Shown: positions 44,531 through 54,130 of the stretch, one piece after another
Layout: every line of letters starts with the position of its first letter
How positions within the stretch are numbered: position 1 is the stretch's first letter
Virus record (IMG/VR): IMGVR_UViG_2595698409_000001
From: a virus
Length of the DNA stretch: 64,000 bases
Strand: one strand, 5' to 3'
Translations under genes and position numbers: made by a program
Notes under the pieces: model-generated
What the model saw: only the letters and a program-made list of their open reading frames with translations
Told to the model about the DNA's origin: nothing
Databases searched by the model: none

Positions 44531-46135
44531 ATGGCATCACAACTATTTGGTTTTTCATTAGAGCGTGCTAAGAAGGTCCCCAAGGGACCTTCTTTCGTGC
44601 AAAAAGATGATTTGGATGGATCACAACCAGTATCTGGTGGTGGTCATTATGGATACTCTATTGATTTTGATGGCGCAGTACGCAATGAGTATCAACTAAT
44701 CTCTCGATATAGAGAGATGGTTTTGCAACCAGAATGTGATAGTGCAGTTGATGATATTGTCAATGAAACTATCTGCGGCAATTTTGATGATGTGCCAATC
44801 TCAGTTGAGTTATCTAACTTAAAAGTTTCGGATAAAATTAAAAAACTTATCCGTGAAGAATTTGCAGAAATTTTAAGACTTCTAGATTTTGATAATAGAT
44901 CGTATGAAATTTTCCGTCGTTGGTATGTAGACGGTAGATTGTTTTATCATAAAGTAATTAATCCAGATAATCCTCGCGAGGGTTTGGTCGAGTTAAGATA
45001 TATCGATCCTCGTAAGATTCGTAAAATTATAGAAACTGAGCAGAAGAGACCTGAGCAATTAAGAGGTCTTCCGCTCAATGAGCAACTATCACCCAAGAGC
45101 GTAGACTATTTTCTGTATGATCCCAAGGGTCTAAAGAATTCTCAAACGCAAGGTTTTAAAATTGCACCAGATTCTATCTGCTATGTCCATTCGGGCATTC
45201 AAGATTTAACTAAAAACATGACTCTTAGTCACCTGCATAAGGCGATTAAGGCAGTCAACCAACTGAGAATGATTGAAGATTCTCTGGTTATCTATCGTTT
45301 GAGTAGAGCACCTGAGCGTCGTATTTTCTACATTGACGTTGGTAATCTCCCCAAGAATAAAGCAGAGCAATATCTTCGCGAAGTTATGGGACGCTATCGT
45401 AACAAGATGGTTTACGATGCAAACACTGGTGAGATTAAAGATGACAAGAAGTTTATGTCTATGCTAGAAGACTTCTGGTTGCCTCGCCGTGAAGGTGGTC
45501 GTGGTACTGAAATCACAACTCTTCCAGGTGGACAAAATCTTGGTGAATTGGAAGACGTTAAGTATTTCCAAAAGAAATTATATAAGGCACTTAACGTTCC
45601 TGGATCTCGTTTAGAAACTGAGACTACTTTCAATGTTGGTCGTGCTGCTGAGATCACTCGCGATGAAGTTAAATTTCAAAAGTTTGTTGCTCGTCTTCGC
45701 AAACGTTTCTCTGAATTATTTACAGATCTTCTAAAAACACAACTCGTACTCAAGGGTGTTATCACTCTAGAAGAGTGGGAAGATATGAAGGAGCATATCC
45801 AATTTGATTATATTGCGGATAATTACTTTGCTGAATTAAAGGAAATTGAAATCCGCAACGAAAGAATGAATCAAGTTGCATCTATGGATCCTTTTGTTGG
45901 TAAGTATTTCTCTGTGGAATACATGCGTCGTCAGGTTCTTAAGCAAACTGATAGTGAGATTTTAGAAATTGACAAACAAATTGCCTCTGAAATGGAATCA
46001 GGTATTATTGCTGATCCTATGGCAGAAATGGATCCCACTATGGCTGCTGGCGATCCCGCTGCAGCGGCTGAAGTAGCACCTCCTGCAGAACCAGAAGGTC
46101 CAAATTCCGCAGATTTAAAGAGAGGAGAATTTTAA
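44531..46135 (+). CDS. gp20: Portal protein gp20
   Basis: YRLSRAPERRIFYIDVGNLPK.KAEQYL; MLEDFWLPRREGGRGTEITTLPGGQNLG. Confidence 0.97.
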   Translation: MASQLFGFSLERAKKVPKGPSFVQKDDLDGSQPVSGGGHYGYSIDFDGAVRNEYQLISRYREMVLQPECDSAVDDIVNETICGNFDDVPISVELSNLKVSDKIKKLIREEFAEILRLLDFDNRSYEIFRRWYVDGRLFYHKVINPDNPREGLVELRYIDPRKIRKIIETEQKRPEQLRGLPLNEQLSPKSVDYFLYDPKGLKNSQTQGFKIAPDSICYVHSGIQDLTKNMTLSHLHKAIKAVNQLRMIEDSLVIYRLSRAPERRIFYIDVGNLPKNKAEQYLREVMGRYRNKMVYDANTGEIKDDKKFMSMLEDFWLPRREGGRGTEITTLPGGQNLGELEDVKYFQKKLYKALNVPGSRLETETTFNVGRAAEITRDEVKFQKFVARLRKRFSELFTDLLKTQLVLKGVITLEEWEDMKEHIQFDYIADNYFAELKEIEIRNERMNQVASMDPFVGKYFSVEYMRRQVLKQTDSEILEIDKQIASEMESGIIADPMAEMDPTMAAGDPAAAAEVAPPAEPEGPNSADLKRGEF

Positions 46136-46138
46136 TTA

Positions 46139-46145
46139 CTAAATA
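46139..46145 (+). promoter_or_regulatory. Late promoter variant (CTAAATA)
   Basis: Immediately after the gp20 stop. Confidence 0.6.
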
Positions 46146-46167
46146 ATAGTAATCATTATTTCTTATC

Positions 46168-46479
46168 ATGCCTTCTGACGCAGCACTTGAAATTGTTAAT
46201 AAGATTTTCGGTGACGAAAAAGCAAAAGCAATCGATATAACAAACGATGCTCTTGCCGCCACCACATACGATCGTATTCAACAACTAAAAATTAATTTTG
46301 CTAAGACAATGGGATTTGATCTGGGAGATACTGCCCAAGATGCGGCAGATGAAGTTTCCGACAACCTTCCCGACAATACAGATTCTCCAGAAGAAGTAGA
46401 AGTCGATGCAAGGATGCCAGAAGATGACACACCCGAAGAAACCGAAGAGACACTAGAAACCGATGAAACTGATAGCTGA
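46168..46479 (+). CDS. Acidic prohead core protein (gp67/gp68 position)
   Basis: Between gp20 and gp21; very acidic C-terminus. Confidence 0.65.
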   Translation: MPSDAALEIVNKIFGDEKAKAIDITNDALAATTYDRIQQLKINFAKTMGFDLGDTAQDAADEVSDNLPDNTDSPEEVEVDARMPEDDTPEETEETLETDETDS

Positions 46480-47110
46480 AGAAATTACATCTGTTGACTT
46501 TCTCACCGAAGCAACTGAAGATGGCAAAAAGAATCACTTTATTGAAGGTATCTTTTTGCAAGCCGAAGTAGAAAATCGCAACAATCGTAAGTATATGTTT
46601 AAAACATTACAACGCGAAGTTGCTAAATATGATGAAAACTTCATTCAAAAAGGGCGTGCCCTTGGAGAATTAGGTCATCCCGATGGTCCTTCTATCAATC
46701 TTGATAGGGTGTCACATAAAATTGAATCTCTCAGAGAAGATGGAAACAACTTCATTGGTAGAGCAAAACTCCTTAATACTCCCATGGGCAACATTGCCAA
46801 GAATCTTATCGAAGAGGGTGTCAAACTTGGCGTTTCTTCTAGAGGTATGGGATCTTTAATTAAGAAAGAAGGCTGCAGCGTTGTTGCAGATGACTTTATG
46901 CTTGCCACTGCTGCAGATATTGTAGCAGATCCTTCTGCTCCCGACGCTTTTGTCGATGGCATTATGGAAGGTAAGGAATGGGTTTGGGATAACGGAATTC
47001 TGAAAGAATCTGCAATTGCAGAAATGAAGAATGAAATCGACCAAGCAACTCTGATCAATATTCAAGAGCGCAAAATCTCCGCGTTTGAGAAGTTTTTGAA
47101 GAGTTTATAA
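46463..47110 (+). CDS. gp21: Prohead protease gp21
   Basis: RALGELGHPDGP.INLDRVSH, LGVSSRGMGSL, DIVADPSAPDAFV. Confidence 0.96.
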   Translation: MKLIAEEITSVDFLTEATEDGKKNHFIEGIFLQAEVENRNNRKYMFKTLQREVAKYDENFIQKGRALGELGHPDGPSINLDRVSHKIESLREDGNNFIGRAKLLNTPMGNIAKNLIEEGVKLGVSSRGMGSLIKKEGCSVVADDFMLATAADIVADPSAPDAFVDGIMEGKEWVWDNGILKESAIAEMKNEIDQATLINIQERKISAFEKFLKSL

Positions 47111-47112
47111 TT

Positions 47113-47120
47113 TATAAATA
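47113..47120 (+). promoter_or_regulatory. Late promoter (TATAAATA)
   Basis: Perfect consensus upstream of gp22. Confidence 0.85.
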
Positions 47121-47157
47121 AATAAAGACAACGCTAATGCTTAACGGAGAATATCAA

Positions 47158-48177
47158 ATGTCTGAATCCCTGAATAAGGATCTTGAGACACAGCAAATGG
47201 ACGAAGGTTCTAACGTTGTGACCAAGAACGCCAAACCTGGTGAAAAAATGGATGCCTCTAAAGGTGGTGCCAAAAAAGTTATTGATGTAACTTCTGATTC
47301 AATGGAAGGTGCAAAGGGCACTAAGAATGCTGGCGCTTCTGCAGCAAACTCAGTTTCTAATGAAGGTAGTAAGTCACTTTCGACTAAACCTAGCGATGCA
47401 TCTGCAAAAATGGAGGACGTAGAGGAAGATGGCGAAGAAACAATCGCTGAAGCCCAGTACGACTTTACTGAAGATGTTGACGCTCTTGTCGCAGGTGAAG
47501 ATCTCTCAGAAGAATTCAGACAACGCGCAACAACAATCTTTGAAGCAGTAGTAACTGCTCGCGTTAATGATGAAGTTAAAGCGATCACAGAAGCATTTGA
47601 AGCTACTCTTGCCGAAGAGGTAGAGGGCATCAAAACAGAATTGGCCGAGAAGGTAGACGACTATCTCTCGTATGTTGCTGAATCCTGGATGAAGGAAAAT
47701 TCTCTCCAGGTTGAGCATGGTATCAAGAACGAGATTGCAGAATCGTTCTTCTCTGGCCTCAAAGATCTCTTCATCGAGCACAACATGAGTGTGCCCGAAG
47801 AGAAGTTTAACATGCTCGATGGCATGGTAAGCGAGCTTGATGAGATGGAAGCTAAACTCAACGAGCAAATCGACGCCAATGTCCAACTGAATAAGCAGTT
47901 GGGCTCATTTGATTAAATGGAAATTGTGAGTGAGTGTGCTGCAGGTCTTGCAGAGACTCAGAAGGAGAAGCTTGCTTCTCTGGCAGAGGGTGTTGAGTTT
48001 GAAACTGAAGAAGACTTTAGGAATAAGGTCGAAACTATCAAGGAATCATACTTTACTCGCAAGGCAGTTGTTGAATCAACTGAGCCTACCGAAGATAGAG
48101 GAGAGATCCTTGTAGAGGATACTACATCTGGCACCATGTCGAAATACGTGGATGCACTTAAGATGTGGTCTAATTAA
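47158..48177 (+). CDS. gp22: Prohead core scaffold gp22, interrupted by in-frame TAA at 47914-47916 (probable error)
   Basis: ORFs 47137..47916 and 47917..48177 are in the same frame and abut. The first has KATTIFEAVV-type (RATTIFEAVV) and KVDDYLSYV..WM.EN; the second has QKEKLASLAEGVEFE...TIKESYF. Confidence 0.9.
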
Positions 48178-48220
48178 TGATTAATTTATAAAACTACATT
48201 TTTTAAACGGAAGACAAAAA

Positions 48221-49594
48221 ATGGCATTTGGAAACCTCCAAGAAAAGTGGGCACCCGTTCTTAACCACGATTCTCTTCCTGAGATCAAGGATACCTATAA
48301 GAAAGGCGTCGTCGCACAACTTCTTGAAAACCAAGAAAAAGCAATTGCAGAAGAAGGTAAGATTCTTACCGAAACACTGCAAACCACAGGTTACACTGGT
48401 GGCGATACAGCAACAGGTCCAGTAGCAGGTTTCGACCCTGTGCTGATCAGCCTGATCCGCCGCTCCATGCCTCAACTCATTGCATATGATGTTGCAGGCG
48501 TCCAACCGATGACTGGTCCTACTGGACTGATCTTCGCAATGCGTACTAACTACGGTGCTGAGAGAGATCCCAACGCCTCTGGTTACGACGAAGCATTCTT
48601 CAACGAGCCTAACGCTGGTTTCTCTGGCGGTCCTGGTGCATACGATCCTGGTGCGTCTGACGCAACCAACGATGCCCAAGGCAACAACCCTGCACTTCTC
48701 AACGATTCCCCTGCTGGAACCTATGAGCAAGCAGACGATGCCACTGGCATGACCACGGCAACTGCTGAAGCACTGTCTGACGCTGCTTCTGGCACGGCAT
48801 TCCGTGAGATGGGTTTCTCGATCGAGAAAGTCACTGTTACTGCAAGAGCTCGCGCCCTGAAAGCAGAATACAGCATCGAGATGGCACAAGACCTGAAGGC
48901 AATTCATGGTCTGGATGCTGAGCAAGAGCTTGCTAACATTCTTAGCACCGAGATCCTTGCTGAGATCAACCGTGAGGTTGTCCGTACCATCTTCACCAAC
49001 GCTGTTGCTGGTGCTCAAAACAATACCGCTAACGCTGGTATCTTTGACCTTGACGTTGACTCCAACGGTCGCTGGTCGGTTGAGAAATTCAAAGGACTTC
49101 TTTTCCAAATCGAAAGAGATGCTAACGCTATTGGTCAGCAAACTCGTCGTGGGAAAGGCAACATCCTGATCTGCTCTGCAGACGTTGCTTCTGCACTGGG
49201 TATGGCTGGTGTCCTTGACTACACCCCTGCTCTTGCTGGTAACAACGCCCTTACAGGTGTTGATGATACTTCTAGCACACTGGTCGGCACCCTCAACGGT
49301 CGCATCAAGGTCTACGTTGATCCTTACTCTGCTAACGTTGCTGACAAGCACTTCTACGTTGCTGGTTATAAGGGCACGTCACCTTATGACGCTGGTCTCT
49401 TCTATTGCCCATACGTTCCTCTGCAGCAAGTCAGAGCGATCAACCCTGACACCTTCCAACCAAAAATTGGATTCAAGACTCGCTACGGCATGGTCTCCAA
49501 TCCTTTCTCTGGTGGTCTTACCCAAGGCAGCGGTGCTCTTACCGTCAACGCCAACAAGTACTACCGTCGTGTGCAGGTCACGAACCTTATGTGA
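48221..49594 (+). CDS. gp23: Major capsid protein gp23
   Basis: GVQPMTGPTGLIFAMR, RALKAEYS.E.AQDLKAIHGLDAE.EL, GFKTRYG. Confidence 0.98.
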   Translation: MAFGNLQEKWAPVLNHDSLPEIKDTYKKGVVAQLLENQEKAIAEEGKILTETLQTTGYTGGDTATGPVAGFDPVLISLIRRSMPQLIAYDVAGVQPMTGPTGLIFAMRTNYGAERDPNASGYDEAFFNEPNAGFSGGPGAYDPGASDATNDAQGNNPALLNDSPAGTYEQADDATGMTTATAEALSDAASGTAFREMGFSIEKVTVTARARALKAEYSIEMAQDLKAIHGLDAEQELANILSTEILAEINREVVRTIFTNAVAGAQNNTANAGIFDLDVDSNGRWSVEKFKGLLFQIERDANAIGQQTRRGKGNILICSADVASALGMAGVLDYTPALAGNNALTGVDDTSSTLVGTLNGRIKVYVDPYSANVADKHFYVAGYKGTSPYDAGLFYCPYVPLQQVRAINPDTFQPKIGFKTRYGMVSNPFSGGLTQGSGALTVNANKYYRRVQVTNLM

Positions 49595-49616
49595 TCCATC
49601 AGGATACACAACTACT

Positions 49617-49639
49617 GGACCCTTCGGGGTCCATTTTTT
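49617..49639 (+). terminator. Rho-independent terminator after gp23
   Basis: GGACCC-TTCG-GGGTCC-ATTTTTT. Confidence 0.9.
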
Positions 49640-49704
49640 ATGCCTAGGTATAAGTTAGTAGGCAATAATATTCCTTTCGTAAAGTCAGTATTTCCTAACA
49701 TTTA

Positions 49705-49748
49705 GTATACATAGTTACAGAATTAGAGGTGTCAATTAATCCTATAGT
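49705..49748 (+). promoter_or_regulatory. Candidate NtcA box (GTA-N8-TAC) with downstream -10 element
   Basis: GTAtacatagtTACa at 49705-49718; TATAGT at 49743-48, 24 nt downstream (slightly longer than the usual 22-23). Confidence 0.5.
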
Positions 49749-49781
49749 CTATATCATGAAAACAATTTCTAGGAGGTTAAT

Positions 49782-49955
49782 ATGCATAACATTCTTTCCC
49801 GTAATCAATTAGACGAATGGCGTCATTTTGAATCCACTGATGATGAGTGTGATACCGAGATGCAAAAGTTAAATGATTACTACGAATGCTTAATTGAGTG
49901 TGATACTACAAAACAGTCAGCATGTAAAAAAATCTGCAAGGCAGTATTGACATAA
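49782..49955 (+). CDS. Twin-Cx3C microprotein (57 aa)
   Basis: AGGAGG at 49771-76; MHNILSRNQLDEWRHFESTDDECDTEMQKLNDYYECLIECDTTKQSACKKICKAVLT*. Not in the ORF track. Confidence 0.8.
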   Translation: MHNILSRNQLDEWRHFESTDDECDTEMQKLNDYYECLIECDTTKQSACKKICKAVLT

Positions 49956-49981
49956 ATATCCTTACCGTGTGAAGGAAGTGG

Positions 49982-50008
49982 AGGGGACTTGGGTCCCCTA
50001 ATTTTTTT
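49982..50008 (+). terminator. Rho-independent terminator
   Basis: AGGGGAC-TTGG-GTCCCCT followed by AATTTTTTT. Confidence 0.8.
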
Positions 50009-50010
50009 AT

Positions 50011-50017
50011 CTAAATA
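50011..50017 (+). promoter_or_regulatory. Late promoter variant (CTAAATA)
   Basis: About 23 nt upstream of gp3. Confidence 0.65.
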
Positions 50018-50040
50018 CTAATGGTGAATACTGCCGTTGA

Positions 50041-50589
50041 ATGGCAAACTGGTACGGCGATCAATTAACGAATAGGAATTTTCTTTCTCCAATTGGATTT
50101 CTCTTTACATTAGAGAAAGCAAGGAAAGTTTCTTTCTTGTGCCAACGTGCCGAAATTCCTACTCTTAGTTTGGCTAATGTCGATATTCCCACTAGAGGCA
50201 TGGTGCCAATTCCTGTTGAAGGAAACATCTCATACGGAGACTTTACAGTAGAGTTTATTGTAGATGAAGATCTAACAAACTATATGGAAATCCATAATTG
50301 GATGAGAGGTCTTGGAGCACCACAGAGTATTGATGATAGAGTAAATTTCAAAACATCAAATCTTACAATGGGTAAGCAGGAATATAGATATTCAGATGCA
50401 ACTCTACAGATTTTAAATAATAACAACAATGCAAATTTTGATGTTGTCTTTAAAGGTCTTTGGCCAACAGACTTATCAACTTTATCTTTTGATGTAACGG
50501 GATCCGATAATGATTTCTTTACAGCAACAGCAACTTTTAAATACACCTTATACGAAATCAGGAATGTTAACAGCTCAACTAGAAGATAA
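50041..50589 (+). CDS. gp3: Tail completion/sheath stabilizer gp3
   Basis: NRNFLSPIGFLF, F.VDEDL.NY.EIHNWM.GLG, YSDATLQILNNN. Confidence 0.9.
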   Translation: MANWYGDQLTNRNFLSPIGFLFTLEKARKVSFLCQRAEIPTLSLANVDIPTRGMVPIPVEGNISYGDFTVEFIVDEDLTNYMEIHNWMRGLGAPQSIDDRVNFKTSNLTMGKQEYRYSDATLQILNNNNNANFDVVFKGLWPTDLSTLSFDVTGSDNDFFTATATFKYTLYEIRNVNSSTRR

Positions 50590-50762
50590 TGCTTGACAGT
50601 TGGAAGAAAAGAGCTTACGCCGATCCCAATTTAAAATGGAAACATGCTAGAATAATAGAGAAAGGACCCAAGTCTTTATCGGAAGCATGGATTCTTGGAG
50701 CAATGAAACTGAGGTATAGTTATGAATTTGGAAGTACTACAGGAAATGTGGAAGAAAGATAG
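50589..50762 (+). CDS. Hypothetical protein (57 aa)
   Basis: MLDSWKKRAYADPNLKWKHARIIEKGPKSLSEAWILGAMKLRY...; start overlaps the gp3 stop. Confidence 0.5.
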   Translation: MLDSWKKRAYADPNLKWKHARIIEKGPKSLSEAWILGAMKLRYSYEFGSTTGNVEER

Positions 50763-51150
50763 TGTCATTGACACGGATCTTTATTGCGAAGAGTCCACAA
50801 AAATTCCCCAACTTCATATGAAATATATGGAGTTTTTTAATATGTATTCTCTTATGAAAAGAGAAAGAGAGTTTGAATTGAATAAACTTGTCAAAGACAA
50901 ATGGTTGTATTACAAGGGTAAGGCACCGTCTACCATATACAAAGAGATGCCATTTGACCTCAAACTTACAACTAAAGAAGTAATTACTATGTTTATTGAT
51001 GCCGATGATGACATCAAAAAACTTCAATTTAAGATTGCATACATAGAGCAGACTCTAACATTTCTTGATAGTGTATTGAGACAAATAAACAATCGCACAT
51101 ATCAAATTAAAAATGCAATTGAGTGGGTGAAATTTAAAAGTGGTTTCTAA
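50722..51150 (+). CDS. uvsY: Recombination mediator UvsY
   Basis: MW.KDS.ID, YYKGKAP..IY...PFD.K, RTYQIKNAIEW. Confidence 0.9.
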   Translation: MNLEVLQEMWKKDSVIDTDLYCEESTKIPQLHMKYMEFFNMYSLMKREREFELNKLVKDKWLYYKGKAPSTIYKEMPFDLKLTTKEVITMFIDADDDIKKLQFKIAYIEQTLTFLDSVLRQINNRTYQIKNAIEWVKFKSGF

Positions 51151-51701
51151 TGAATTATGGACTCTTCTACAAGCAAGTCAACTTTAATCGAGATTCAATA
51201 GCAATAGTCCAAAAGGCACTTGCGACTTCTACTTTAGAATGGGAAGAAGGAAGATTATATAATCAAAAGAGTGGAGCAAAAAGAATTACCGATGTAGCAT
51301 GGATTAGAGATCCCAATCTCTTGTCCATGCTTTTGCGTATGATAAAACAAATCAACAGACAAGCACATTGGAATCTTAATATCACTGGTATAGAACCTGT
51401 GCAGTTTGGATCCTATGGCGAAGGTGGATTTTATGATTGGCATATAGATCAACATCCAAAAATAATGAATGGTGTTGTTCGTAAAATTAGTATGTCACTT
51501 TTCCTCAACGATGACTACGAAGGAGGGGACTTTGATTTGGAGATATATAAACCAGGGGATACTCAAAGGTTTATTACAATTAAACCCAAAACGTATTCCG
51601 CAATTTTCTTTCTAGCAGATCAATGGCATAGGGTTCGCCCCGTTGCTGCTGGACATAGAAAATCTCTTGTCGCATGGTTTTATGGTCCGCCTTATGTTTG
51701 A
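51150..51701 (+). CDS. 2OG-Fe(II) oxygenase
   Basis: YDWHID, RKISMSLFLNDDYEGGDF, WHRVRPV..G.RKSLVAW. Confidence 0.9.
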   Translation: MNYGLFYKQVNFNRDSIAIVQKALATSTLEWEEGRLYNQKSGAKRITDVAWIRDPNLLSMLLRMIKQINRQAHWNLNITGIEPVQFGSYGEGGFYDWHIDQHPKIMNGVVRKISMSLFLNDDYEGGDFDLEIYKPGDTQRFITIKPKTYSAIFFLADQWHRVRPVAAGHRKSLVAWFYGPPYV

Positions 51702-53163
51702 TTTGAAGATCCGAAAAAAGAATGAAGTATATTTAAAGGTAGAAGCAGAACCACACATCAATTATGAATTAGCAGACTTCTTTTGTTTTGAAGTAGAGTC
51801 TGCAAAATTCATGCAGAAGAATAGAAGATATAAAGGTTGGGACGGAAAGATACGTTTGTATTCTCCAGGCACAGGAGAAATTTATGTCGGTCTCATTGAC
51901 TATCTTTTGGACTGGGCGAATGAAAGGGGATACAAATACGAAATAGAGGAATGTAAATTCTTTGGTCATCCTCTAGGATATGATGAATTGATTACTCCTC
52001 AAGGTGTTGCATCTTTTGTAAAGTCTCTACGCTTACCTCATCGCGTAAGGGATTATCAATATAAAGCAATATACGAGGCACTAAAATATAATAGGCGACT
52101 TTTGTTGTCACCAACAGCTTCTGGAAAGAGTCTGATGATTTATGCATTAGTCCGATTCCATGTAAATGCTAATAGAAATATTCTCATAGTAGTCCCAACC
52201 ACTAGTTTAGTGGAGCAAATGTATAAGGACTTTGAGGAATACGGATGGATGGCGTCCGAATACTGCCACAAAATATATGCGGGGGCAGAAAAATATACGA
52301 ATCATCAGGTGGTAATTACCACTTGGCAATCTGTCTATAAGGAATCTCGTAAGTGGTTTGAGAGGTTTGACGTGGTTATCGGTGACGAGGCACACCTTTT
52401 CAAAGCTAAATCTCTTACTTCTCTGATGGGTAAGTTGCATGAGTGTAAGTATCGTATTGGATTTACTGGGACACTAGATGGTGCAAATGTTAATCAGTTA
52501 GTTTTAGAAGGCGTATTTGGCAGATGCTCTCAAGTAACAAAGACTAGTGAATTGATGAAAGCAGGTCATGTTGCAAAATTGAAAGTAAAAATTGTTTTGA
52601 TTAAACACGAAGAAAAACTCTTTGAAGGATATCAAAATGAAATTGATTATCTAATTGAGCATGAAGGTAGAAATAAATTCCTTCGGAATCTTGCTTGTGA
52701 TCTAAAAGGAAATACCCTGGTTCTTTTTAACTATGTAGAGCGTCATGGTATCCCTCTATATGAGATGATAAATAGTCACACAGATAGACCCGTACATTTA
52801 GTTCATGGGGGTGTTGATGTAGATGATCGAGAAGACATTCGTATTCTGACAGAAAAGTCTGATAGTGCGATCATCGTTGCATCTTACGGCACATTCTCTA
52901 CGGGTATTAACATCAAAAAATTACATAACGTGATCTTCGCATCACCTTCCAAATCAAGAATTCGTAATCTCCAATCTATTGGTCGTGTCTTGAGAAAGGG
53001 AGAAAACAAATCAAATGCAACTCTTTATGATATTGCAGATGACATTTCTACTGATAGGGGTAATAACTACACTCTCAATCATTTAATGGAAAGAGTCAAA
53101 ATCTACAATCAAGAAAAATTTAACTATGAAATCATAGACGTAAAAATTAAAACTTATGATTAA
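51694..53163 (+). CDS. uvsW: DNA helicase UvsW
   Basis: SPTASGKS, IGDEAH, GFTGT, QSIGRVLR; ATG 51694 preferred over 51643. Confidence 0.95.
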   Translation: MFDLKIRKKNEVYLKVEAEPHINYELADFFCFEVESAKFMQKNRRYKGWDGKIRLYSPGTGEIYVGLIDYLLDWANERGYKYEIEECKFFGHPLGYDELITPQGVASFVKSLRLPHRVRDYQYKAIYEALKYNRRLLLSPTASGKSLMIYALVRFHVNANRNILIVVPTTSLVEQMYKDFEEYGWMASEYCHKIYAGAEKYTNHQVVITTWQSVYKESRKWFERFDVVIGDEAHLFKAKSLTSLMGKLHECKYRIGFTGTLDGANVNQLVLEGVFGRCSQVTKTSELMKAGHVAKLKVKIVLIKHEEKLFEGYQNEIDYLIEHEGRNKFLRNLACDLKGNTLVLFNYVERHGIPLYEMINSHTDRPVHLVHGGVDVDDREDIRILTEKSDSAIIVASYGTFSTGINIKKLHNVIFASPSKSRIRNLQSIGRVLRKGENKSNATLYDIADDISTDRGNNYTLNHLMERVKIYNQEKFNYEIIDVKIKTYD

Positions 53164-53590
53164 TTACGCAAAACATGACGAAGAATTTTATGGTATCTTC
53201 AAACTAGTTAATGGTGAAGATGTCTTAGGAAAATCACTTATCACTGAAGATAATGGAGAATCTATTGTCTTTATTCAAGATCCAGTTACCTTAGAAATTT
53301 TTACTAAAGATCTAGACGATGGCAAAGTTGCTAGAGGAATGGGATTTGCTAAGTGGATGCAAATGTCTGATGAAGAATTTTTTATGCAACGTGAAAAAGA
53401 TATCATTAGTTTAGCAACAATGTCTAAGGAAACTATTTTTCTATATGAAACATATGTTGGTGGTGAAGAATTACCAGATCGCCTCAACAAAAAAAGACTC
53501 TCTCTAGATGAGGATATGGGTCTTGTAGGTACAATTGATGAAGCAAGGAAGTTATTTGAAAGAATCTATAAGAATCCCTTTCAACCCTGA
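53156..53590 (+). CDS. Conserved hypothetical protein between uvsW and gp55
   Basis: 144-aa ORF, FYGIFKLVNGED...; syntenic slot of T4-like cyanophages. Confidence 0.75.
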   Translation: MINYAKHDEEFYGIFKLVNGEDVLGKSLITEDNGESIVFIQDPVTLEIFTKDLDDGKVARGMGFAKWMQMSDEEFFMQREKDIISLATMSKETIFLYETYVGGEELPDRLNKKRLSLDEDMGLVGTIDEARKLFERIYKNPFQP

Positions 53591-53597
53591 CAGTGTT

Positions 53598-53638
53598 ATT
53601 CTACAGAGACTTGACGATTCTGTCAAGTGTGTTATAAT
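53598..53638. promoter_or_regulatory. Divergent pair of sigma70-type promoters
   Basis: Plus strand: TTGACG (53611-16), 16 nt, TATAAT (53633-38). Minus strand: TTGACA (53626-21), 17 nt, TAGAAT (53603-598). Core palindrome CTTGAC-N6-GTCAAG. Confidence 0.65.
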
Positions 53639-53659
53639 ATAAACAAAGCAAATGGATAT

Positions 53660-54130
53660 ATGAAGACCATTTAAAAACTAAAACAACATTACGTTGATAA
53701 CAAAGAGTTTCTTGCTGCCATAATCAAGTACAGAGAGAAGAAAGAAATTGCTGAGATTCGTGGTCTTCCCAAACCAAGAGTTGACAATTACATCGGAGGA
53801 TGCTTTCTAAAGATTGCAACTCACCTTTCATATCGTCCTAACTTCATTAACTACATGTATAAGGATGAAATGATTTGTGATGGTATTGAAAATTGTATTC
53901 AATACATTGATAACTTTGATCCAGAGAAATCAAGAAATCCATTTGCATATTTTACTCAGATTGTATACTATGCTTTCCTGAGGAGAATTCAAAAAGAGAA
54001 ACGCCAGATGGAAATCAAAGATAAGATTCTAGAAAAATCTGGTTACGATGAAGTCTTTACAGTTGACGGGGAAGGAGGATCCGAGTATAATCAGATGAAG
54101 TCTCGTATTTCCATAAACTCCAAACGATGA
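53660..54130 (+). CDS. gp55: Late-transcription sigma factor gp55, with in-frame TAA at codon 5 (53672-74; probable error)
   Basis: MKTI*KLKQHYVDNKEFLAAII...YIGGCFLKIATHLSYRPNFINYMYKDEMICDGIENC..Y..NFDPEKS.NPFAYFTQI; the ORF track shows only the last 91 aa. Confidence 0.92.

Noticed and set aside
48203-49351. 382-aa minus-strand ORF
   Set aside because: It is the antisense shadow of gp23, whose biased codons rarely create stops on the opposite strand; it has no motifs, promoter or SD.
49595-49781. Longest intergenic gap as a possible tRNA or riboswitch
   Set aside because: No cloverleaf or T-loop motif; only the terminator, a weak 6-bp stem and the promoter elements are seen.
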